This document shows, one piece after another, positions 24,301 through 33,133 of a DNA stretch of 64,000 bases (positions are counted from its first letter, which is position 1; every line of letters starts with the position of its first letter). The notes under the pieces are model-generated. The model saw only the letters and a program-made list of their open reading frames with translations, was not told the DNA's origin and did no database searches. The DNA is from Phallusia mammillata. Its lineage: Eukaryota. The translations under genes and the position numbers were made by a program. The DNA lies in the NCBI GenBank assembly GCA_965637545.1, contig OZ281501.1, positions 8,990,001 to 9,054,000 of the forward strand. The letters run 5' to 3'.

Positions 24301-27300
24301 ATGTCGGAGCAGAAGTTGTTATCGACGCTTGCAACATTGCCATATGTATCAATGATGGTTTATACGAAATACGATACACGTGCAAAACACCAGACACCAC
24401 TCAGATTACAGAAACGACCACCATTGAGAACGGATGTATCCACGACGGAGTACAGATTGCTGTTGGTGTTGTGATCGAGAATGGTACATGTTATAAAGTG
24501 GTTTGCTACCACAACAATGTATTGAGAAACGAGACCACATGTACTACTCCACATCCGGGAACATCCACAGAATCGACTCCAACGGCCATCACTGGTTGCG
24601 AAATCGATGGAGAGCATGTCGACGTTGGTGATGAGTTGGTTACTGACGATTGCCACACAGCTGTTTGTATTAAAAACGGTGTGTTCGAGATACGATATAC
24701 TTGTCCCACGCCTGTAACCACGAAACCGATAAAAACAACCGAATCCACAGAGGTCACGGACACAACTGAAACTATAACTAAAGAGCCTGGTTGCATGTAC
24801 AACGGCGTGCAGGTTGCTGTCGGAGTTGTTGTGGAAAACGGAACTTGTTACAAAGTGATTTGTTTTAGGGATTATGTAATTAGAAATGAAACGACCTGCA
24901 CAACTGCATCTGTTTTGTCTTCTTCTACCACCCCTGCTGTTGGTACTACAACATCATCTCATACATCTGGTTGTATTTTCGAAAAATCGTACTACCCAGT
25001 CGGTGGAGTTCATGCGTTGGATGATGTATGCATGCTTTTATCGTTATTTCTAGCAAATGTGTTTTTTCTGATTATAATGTGTTTTAGGGTTGTGGTTCAT
25101 GCGAGTGTTTGGGAAGTGGAAAATGGAGTTGCAATACTGAAACTTGTGATCGAGAATGCATCATGTTTTCTGGCGATAGTTTCCGCACTTTTGATGGTTT
25201 AACCTTTTCCTATGATATTTGCTCTAACATCTTGGTGAAGGACTGCTATGGTCACGAATTTGAAGTGATAGGTAAGTTTCGTATTGTAGCTGTAGTCTAC
25301 TGAATTCACTGACCGGTTCATTGTTTTCGCAATTTGATGAATTCTCAAACTCGTGCTTTCAGTGTCTTTGGATTGCACATATATTCGTGGAAAACAACAT
25401 TGCAGAAAGTACTTGGATATAACCGTTGGATCTTTCAACATCATTTTGCCAAGTCGTCTTTACCTTCGCATAAATGGCCAAGCTTACCGCCTGCGATATC
25501 TCCCAAAAATTAACGGCTTGTTTAAATCCTTTGGGTGAGTGTTGGAAAATGTCAAGTACTAACAATTCTTAACTTTACAATGTTTGGATATAAAGGGAGA
25601 ATATAAGCATTGAATATGCTGGAGGCGAGATAATAGTCAGGACCGATCATTTCTACATCATGTGGAATCCAAAAACGCAACATGCAAGAAGTGTTGTTGA
25701 CGATACTTTGGCAGGTACTGAACTTCTTAGACTTACGTCAGTTATGATACACGTATTTTTTAATGTGAAGTGGTGGAGAGAAATAATATTTTTAGAATGT
25801 TATTTTATGATGTACCAAACGTTACATTACAGGTAAAACCTGTGGTTTGTGTTCGAATGATGATAGTAACCTGGAAGATGAACTTGAAATGCCTAACAAA
25901 CAGCTGGCTGAAACTGTTGACCAATTCGCGGACTCGTGGGCAGTTGCAGGTGAATCATGCGATGAACTACCAACTTGCACCGAGGAACAGCGGCTTCAGG
26001 CATTTGAATCCTGCAACCAACTAAGGTTATTTTTGGAAAAAACGTATTTTTTATTATTGTGGGATTGGCAAACATTCTTCTTGTCATACATTTGCCATTA
26101 ATTTTTTTTAAGTGGAACATTCTAGCATCTTTTCATGCATTCAAGTACGGGGATAATTTTAAGGTGAGTTACGCTCAACATTATTTCTTTCCAGAAACGC
26201 CGTGTTCTCTGATTGTGACACAGTTCTTCCTGTGGACGAGTTTTTACCGGCTTGCATGGCGTCATTTTGCGAGTGTAGCACCAACTCGTCCATGGATAAC
26301 GAACAGTGTCAGTGTGCTGTATTGGCCCAGTATGTAGAATCGTGCCAGCGACGCCTGGGAAAAGCAGTTGATAAATCATGGAGATATGATTTGGAATGTG
26401 GTAAGAATTCACTTGTGTGAGATAATGTTTTACTGTATTACCTAAATTTATAAACTGTCCGACGGCTTTTGTATGGTACATTTATGCTGTGACTGTGAGA
26501 CACCCTAAAATGGATTTAATTCAGTGGTCAGGGCACATCCTCGAATTTTATTTAGTGGTAACAGCAATGATGATTTTATGTGGCATGTTGTTGTATAGAG
26601 CCGCCATGTCCAGGCGGAGAGATTTGGCACGAATGCCATTCTGCTTGCCCAACCACCTGCCAGAACATGATGACTAGCACCCGCTATGAGATTGAACAAA
26701 ATTGCCAACCAGAATGCGTTTCTGGGTGCTTTTGCCCGGAGGGAGAAGTTTTGGATGGTGATGTGTGTAAAAAACCTGAAGAGTGCGATGAGTGTAAGCA
26801 AGAAGTGAATTAGTTGCCTTCTAACATATAATTTTGTATTTCGGCGAATGTATGCGTCTATTCAAGAAAAAAATAGTTGAATTTTTCCCTTTTAGGCACT
26901 TGCATCGGTTGGGGCGATCCTCATTACATGACTTACGACGAAAGGTATTTCCCCTTCCAAGGAAATTGCACCTATGTGTTGTCGAAACCGATTGAAGGAG
27001 ATGATTTTGAAATTCTTGGTCACAATGAGCCCTGCACGGTGGACCCTGTAACATCTTGCACGAAAGCCATCACTGTGATTTACAACAACCACGAAGTAAC
27101 GCTAATGCGAGACCGTAAGGTACAAAATCAGTAGCGGAGGCAATTGCTGATTTAAAGAGAACTAATGTGTTTACAATTTAGGTTACGTTTGATGGAAAAT
27201 ATGTTGCGCTGCCACTTAATGGTGACATTTCCGTATCTTCGGTAAACTCCAAACTGGTACTAACCGTGAACAAAATTAACCTTTACGTTGAGTTTGACGA

Positions 27301-30300
27301 ATACAACCATGGATTTGCAATCAAAATACCAATCTACCATTACTTCAACAAAACTGAAGGACTATGCGGTAATACTTACTGACAAACAATATTTCAACGA
27401 CGAATGTAGATACTATACACATACAGTTTGCCTTATCTGAACACTTCGTTGGTTCCGTATTTTACTGCTTGTGTTGTCACAAATCCTTTTTGATATTTTC
27501 TGCACACACAATTCAGCGATATAGGTTGTGTAGTTTAAGTGCGTGTAACCTTTTTCATTTGTTTAGGAAACTGCAACAAAAACCCCGGCGATGACTTTAA
27601 GAAACAAGATGGAAACCAAACAGAAAATGCAAACGATTTCGCATTTAGTTGGTTTAAGGATGGTTACAATGATTCAAATTGCGAACCTGAACCGGAAAGT
27701 TGTACACCTGGTTCCCCCGGGTGTTGCGAAGAAGATGCCGACCTTACAATATGCAACATCATTAATTCGACCATCTTTGAGGTGGGCGTTTAAATGTGAT
27801 TTTGAATATTCATAATAAATTTGTGTGCACAGTTAATGATTTTGAACTCTACCACGAATGTTTCTTAATTTCGTTTTAAAGTTTGAAAGCAAATTCTAAG
27901 AAATATCGCAAGCGAGAGCCGTGATTTTAACAATATTCTGTTTCATGTAGGAGTGCCGCATGGTGGTTAATCCAGACAATTTTATATCTTCATGTCAATT
28001 TGACACATGTTCTGGTTCTGGTGGATGTGATGCTATCACCGCATATGCTGACGCCTGCGAAAGGGAAGGAATATGCATTGTATGGCGAAACGAAATCACC
28101 TGCCGTAAGTTTCTTGTGCCATTATACGATTGTTTTCAGTATCATATATAACGCTAGGTGGCGTACATGAATAGTTTATCCGCAGCATCGCTAGATATTC
28201 TTTAATTTATGTTATTTTGTTTGCCATTCAAAGATGAATTTGATTTTCCACCGTTGTAAGCTCGAAACAGAGATCAGACCTTCTCATTTTTTTCCTGGTT
28301 TCGTAACTAAAAACTATATGTAAGAGGTTGTTCGAAAAGGCAGTTTGGTGCTTCAACTTCAGACGTTAATTGTCGCTTTTGTATAATTGCCAACAGTACA
28401 AATGCGTAAATTAATTAACTGACACTTATATAACGAAGCGAACAGCTTCCAAGAAAAAGTCAAGGCGTGCTGTATTTCAAATTAATCTAACCGCAACTCT
28501 AATCTCCGTGCCACCTTTTAACTAAGCTTATCTCTTGCCTGCTAAGAAATGTGGCCCGGCAAGTTTCCGTGCTATGGAGTGTTGTCTGTATCGCTCTTTC
28601 TGTTTATTTAGCGCGGGATTGCCCGTATCCATTTGTGTATCACGAATGCTCGACGGAATGCGCCAAGACCTGCGATGCACCCATCAACACGTCGGAGTGC
28701 AAACCTGAAAGTGGTTGTCTTTGCCCTGACGGTCTTTTACTGAGCAACGGACAATGCGTCCAACTCGAAGATTGCCGTAAGTAACCTCTTAAACAGCTAA
28801 ATGATCACTACACGTGATCATCTTGACATTTTAGTTGTTGCAAGATATTTTAAGTGTAAAATTCGCACATATTAAGCAACGAGGCTGTCATCAGTCGATT
28901 TCGTAAAAAACAAAAAAATATCATGACATTTCATTAGCGCAGCGATTCTCAGCTAGTGGGCCATGGCCCTACACTCATTTTTACAAGAATAATGGCTTGG
29001 GGAGGAATTGAAAAGGAATGTAAATGAATTTAAATTATGCAATTTACGGCATAAAGTTACTTTGAGTTTCTGCAACCCTGTATGTTTATGATGTAATAAA
29101 CTACTTTGTGATTACAATAAAGCCAGCAGCATAATAGCAGCATATCCATTGTCCAATTACTCGGTCATAACTGAACGTGCTTGATTAAAGAAGGGAAAGT
29201 GCTGTTTTATGATTTTTTTAAATTAAGTTATTTTGAACTTATAATCTGTTTGAAATATGTTCTGCAGTTTTTTTGTGCTGAACCTATTTTGTAGTTGTTT
29301 TCTTTCATTTATAAAAATTTACTGGGCCACAGAATTTTCGTGCAATGAAAGTGGGCCACGAAAGAAATAAAGTTGAGAACCACTGCATTAGCATGAACGC
29401 TAAATAAGTCGTGACTTCTGTGTCCAAAAATAAATGTATACAGAATTAAGACCGAGAAAGTTGTTAAATTAAATTAAATGTACGTAGACTTTTTTTCGAA
29501 AATCCGTTTTAATTTTTTTGTGCTTGTTAAATTTGTAACATACGCGTCGGTCGGTTTTGTTTTGTAAATGAAACATGTGTGATTACTTGTAAGCATCTTG
29601 AATCATGTTGACGCTTTTCAAATTGAGTCTGCAATAAACCACACATCTGGGATTATTACTTTACATAAACCAAAAATATTTTGCAGCGGTTTGTGTGGAT
29701 ACCAATGATGTGCCGCGAAAATTGAACGAGGAGTGGAATTTAGCGGAAGATCCTTGTGTCACTTGTACTTGTTTGTCGACCGGCCGTGTTGTGTGCACTG
29801 CCATGAAATGTTCAATGCCAACGGTATAATTGTGGGTAAAAAATAAAAAAGAGTTGTATGCACTGATATCGTTTGCTGTAGATGTGTGCACCTGGTGAAA
29901 AGCTTGTACAATCCAACGATACAACCGTCTGTTGTGCAACGTACTCTTGTGAAGCTTGTGATGACGTTTCCGACTGTTCATCTCCACACAGTACACCTAT
30001 TTGTGCAAGGGGAATGACGTTGGAGAAAAGCTACGTGCAAGGAGACTGTTGTCCCATCTACACCTGTGGTGCGTAACTCAGTTGTTTTCGAATATGGATT
30101 GGTAGTATTTGGTAGGAAAAACGTTTCGGTACTTATATGACATGACGTAACTAATTTTCCCCCCATAAATTAAAAAAAAATACATACGGTACATTTAACT
30201 GTTTTCTAAACCGCTTTGTTTTGTTTTCATAAAGTATGTGATCCCTCTTTGTGTGATACGACGGAACCAACTTGTGGCGAATATAAGGTGCCAGTTGTCA

Positions 30301-32714
30301 ACCAACCTGCTGGCGCTTGTTGCCCAACTACTACCTGTGGTAAGACCTGATTATTAAAGTGTAACTCGTAACACCTGTAACTCAGATTTATCCATTTCTA
30401 CCTTATTTCCCAAAATGTTTATTTTATTCACAAGCCCCAGGTACCAACAATGTGTTATAATTAAAATTAAGTTTATTCTGATGGCCACAGTGATAATTGT
30501 CACAGCCCAGAATTTGTGTTCAACCGCTATCCTGATTGAAGTAATCGACTGCATTACTATCACTGCCACCGTTTATATGTTTGCAAACTGCTGCAGCAGA
30601 TAACAAAATTGAACCACACACACACATATGTATGCAAGAACCATTGCGACTCTGTCCACGTAAATTGAACTTCTTTTAAATGGCAGTGGTTAACCGACGC
30701 AATGTATTTAAAATGTCAATATCTGCTCACGGTCCTGGTTGCATGTTATTTCATGGCAGCTGTCGACCACCATCTTGTTGGTATTAAAACCAGTATTTTT
30801 TGCTGTTAAGCAAAATCAAACTGCAATTAGGTGTCTGTAATCGGAATATTTTTATCTTGTGTAAACGAATGCCAAATCTCTTGAAAGCAACCGGCTGTAT
30901 TTTGACGGAGTTTACAAGACAAAAAATTGTTTAAACCTTATTTTTAGTTGAATCTTTTTTGATCGAGCTTCATACATTGTTATGAAAAGGAATTATTGTT
31001 GAAGGAATTTTTCAAAAAAAAAATGGGTTTAGAATTAATGATGGGCGACTGTTCGATTTGAATCGGCATAAAAAAACTTTGTAACATATTATTTTACTTG
31101 CCACGCAGAATGCGACTCTAATCTTTGTCCCCCTCCAATCACCTGCAGCAGTCCCAATGAAGTTGTCGTCAGTGGCAACATGACGGCTTGCTGTGGTCGT
31201 GAACAGAAATGTCAATGTGCAGAGTGCGCACCAACACCTACATGCAAATTGGTAAGTTGTTCTGCAAGTCAATCAACAAATGGGTCTTGAAAGTTTTTTA
31301 TCTTTATTTACGTACTTCGCCGCAGTTCACCATACTGTTTTATAAGCAATTTGTTCTCAACATTAACTTTTTTTCAAACTTGGATTTCAGTCCTATGTAA
31401 TCCTAAAAAGGGAAGTGAAAATTAAAACACGTTACTTCAGACGTGTGTTGTATGTTAAGGGCGAAAGTCTTACAATTATCAGCACAGATGAGATTTGCGG
31501 ATGTTCGGAGTACCAATGCATTACAGATCAGTGTGTCACCAACAACACAGCCATACCGGTAAGCTGCCGCGCAGAAGGACATTTGCGCTTTAATCTACTT
31601 ATCAATAACAAACTGCTTTATAATCTACAATCCGCATTGTTTTAAAGGTTGGAAGTGAATGGAAGAAGAACGAGTGTTCAAACTGTCGATGTGAACTCTA
31701 CGAGAACAAACCAGCTTTAATCTGCTCTGAAATGACCTGCGCACATATGCCCGAGGAATGTCCACCAGAATTCCAAAAACGTAGGCAAAATTGTTTGTAA
31801 TTGTATTTTCTTTAAACACCTTGCATGTATGTGTATGTATTGTGAAATAAGACGAACAACCACAGCACACACACACAGGCCTGTAAGAATGAATTTTGAG
31901 TATGTTTTTACATTTTACGTTTTTTGTCTAATACTTTTTTTTTATTTTTTTATTTTTTCACGGGGTTCGAACCCAGGACACTCCCGGGGACGAATCCCGA
32001 TCAAGGTTTTTTATGTATGTACATGGGTCAGGCGCGCCAGACCATTCGGCCAAGTTCCTGCCCGGTTTTTGTCTAATAAAACCATCATAAAGCGAATATA
32101 TATACTCTAGTGCAAGACAACGGATGTTGCTACGAGTGCGATATGCCGTTAGCGGAGGGATGCCAACCAAAAGTAATGGAAAGCGTTTTCCTTGAAGAAG
32201 CTGGCTGTTCTAGCAATTTCCAAGTTAACATGACCCAGTGTAGTGGTGAATGCTCTTCAACTACAACGTAAGTTGAATTCTTAGGCACAATCACATTGGT
32301 CGCCTTTGTCCGAACTTATTCCTGATCCGATTATGTGACGTCACTGCTGTGACAGCCAGGCGAATAGCGATCATGCTTTTGTTGTCTGGACACAGCAGCT
32401 GTCGTCATAAACATTTCTGTTTGAGAATTATCTTCCGATGGCTGTTTGCGTGAATTAACGGAAAGTAGCGCATATCAGGGTTTAATATGAATATTTATTA
32501 AATTTGATTCTGGTAATAACACGAATGTGTTGTTAGGTATTCTCTTGAAGAGAGATCCATGGTAAAGCAATGCAGTTGCTGCTCTCCTGAAGAAGTGCAA
32601 GTTTTGGAAGTTGAGCTACAGTGTGACGACGGAAGTGTCATAAATCGCTCTCACGAGGTTATTGTAACCTGTGCTTGCGCTGCCAGCCAATGTGGGGCTG
32701 CCAGAAACCCGTAA
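333..32714 (+). CDS. Giant gel-forming mucin / VWF-family secreted protein, multi-exon and 5'-truncated. Domain order: CysD x6, PTS, F5/8-C, TIL, VWC, LDLa, 98-module Cys-rich array, VWD-C8-TIL x2, VWC-like modules, CTCK
   Basis: Frame-compatible GT-AG exons traced: 333-438, 493-546, 1508-1948, 2009-2120, 2544-2704, 2890-3038, 3098-3296, 3416-3559, 3782-3969, 4031-4106, 4398-4557, 4650-4767, 4850-4970, three F5/8-C exons in 5058-5620, further exons to 7196, 7788-25025, 25088-25271, and further exons to 32537-32714 (TAA 32712-32714). Hallmark motifs include WSGWFN...C..P..IEC...C....GL.C...[35 protein letters not shown] and CSCC. AATAAA at 32995-33000. Confidence 0.93.
1501..1947 (+). repeat. 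39-bp coding tandem repeat (about 11.5 copies; 13-aa unit TPEI[V/A]SATT[V/A]G[Q/P]T), a PTS-type segment in exon 1508-1948
   Basis: Unit ACACCAGAAATTGTCTCTGCAACCACTGTGGAACCAACC repeats in frame. Polypyrimidine acceptor at ..CACCAG 1507; donor GT at 1949. Confidence 0.9.
5058..5620 (+). other. F5/8 type C (discoidin) domain of the mucin, three exons
   Basis: [84 protein letters not shown] matches the discoidin pattern. Confidence 0.85.
7788..25025 (+). CDS. Single giant coding exon of 17,238 bp (5,746 codons)
   Basis: Acceptor TTTTTAG|GTC at 7787/7788. The frame is open with no stop to GATGAT|GTATGC at 25025/25026. The next exon at 25088 continues in phase 0 into [12 protein letters not shown]. 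The computed ORF 8127-25202 starts at an internal GTG and runs on into intron. Confidence 0.9.
7956..8066 (+). other. LDL-receptor class A module immediately before the repeat array
   Basis: [37 protein letters not shown] contains the diagnostic W.CDG..DC.DGSDE..C calcium-binding signature. Confidence 0.88.
8109..24899 (+). repeat. Coding macrosatellite: 24 full 684/690-bp units (228/230 aa; the first is slightly shorter) plus one half unit, giving 98 four-Cys modules joined by Thr-rich linkers
   Basis: Module-A starts near 8109, 8790, 9480, 10170 ... 23898, 24588. The shadow ORF 'MLFQAVWST' recurs 24 times with spacings of 684, 687 or 690 bp. Unit: [18 protein letters not shown] / [17 protein letters not shown] / [19 protein letters not shown] / [17 protein letters not shown]. 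Confidence 0.97.
25088..26797 (+). other. First C-terminal VWD-C8-TIL assembly (no GDPH)
   Basis: [41 protein letters not shown]8-like [37 protein letters not shown], and [31 protein letters not shown]. Confidence 0.85.
26896..28775 (+). other. Second C-terminal VWD-C8-TIL assembly carrying the GDPH motif (26913-26924)
   Basis: [81 protein letters not shown], and [26 protein letters not shown]. Confidence 0.9.
28940..29385. mobile_element. hAT (Charlie/Buster-like) MITE in a mucin intron
   Basis: Ends CAGCGATTCTCAGC ... GTTGAGAACCACTG; flanks CATTAGCG / CATTAGCA (7/8 TSD). Internal sequence (ACAAGAATAATGGCTTGGGGAGGAATTG, GTGGGCCACGAAAG) is shared with the copy at 46036-46313. Confidence 0.8.
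29688..32714 (+). other. C-terminal VWC-like modules and cystine knot (CTCK) of the mucin
   Basis: [27 protein letters not shown], several C..CC.....C repeats, [15 protein letters not shown], then [53 protein letters not shown]. Confidence 0.88.
31934..32065 (-). pseudogene. tRNA-like (Leu-type) pseudogene or tRNA-derived SINE head with an A-rich tail, inside a mucin intron
   Basis: The minus strand reads TGGCCGAATGGTCTGGCGCGCCTGAC (A-box/D-arm-like) ... TCGGG..GGGAGTGTCCTGGGTTCGAACCCCG (B-box), followed by AAAAAATAAAAAAATAAAAAAAA. The acceptor stem does not pair. Confidence 0.45.
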
Positions 32715-33133
32715 AAAGAACATTATTTACCGGCTATAACGGACCAAGCATGGTCATGTGTTTTTTGTTTGTCAACGTGGTTTTTTAACCACGATGTCGA
32801 ACTAACGCATGATTTTTGCTGAAATATCTTGACCTTGAGTATTGTCAGTTTTACTTTTGCTTGTGCCTAGAATAGATTTTCATTTATAACCACCTAGTTT
32901 TTGCTCAACGCTAAATACACGTAGATTGCATACAGCTGTTTGTGTTGAACTTTAACCTGTGTAGATTAGACAGTCAAAATTACGAAAAAAAGTCAATAAA
33001 ACCAACATTTAATGTGCAATAATAAAATAAGCGGCTGCACCAAGACAATTTTGAATAAAAGCAAATAAGGCAACAGCAGACATAATGAACAAAATAAAAG
33101 CAATAAAGATGTTAAAATAAGAAACTGTTGACG

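Noticed and set aside
8151-24802. Dozens of recurring 71-177-aa ORFs in alternative frames and on the minus strand
   Set aside because: They are shadows of the coding tandem repeat: they recur with the 684/690-bp period, are broken by stops in every unit, and have no independent splice or domain logic.
8109-24899. Regular repeat array considered as a CRISPR or non-coding satellite
   Set aside because: There are no unique spacers, the units are about 690 bp, the frame is fully open, length variants preserve frame, and the context is a spliced eukaryotic gene.
25026-25202. Hydrophobic C-terminus of the computed 5691-aa ORF ([20 protein letters not shown]..) as a transmembrane anchor
   Set aside because: It is read-through into a 62-bp GT-AG intron and then the wrong frame; splicing at 25025^25088 restores Cys spacing and leads into a VWD domain.
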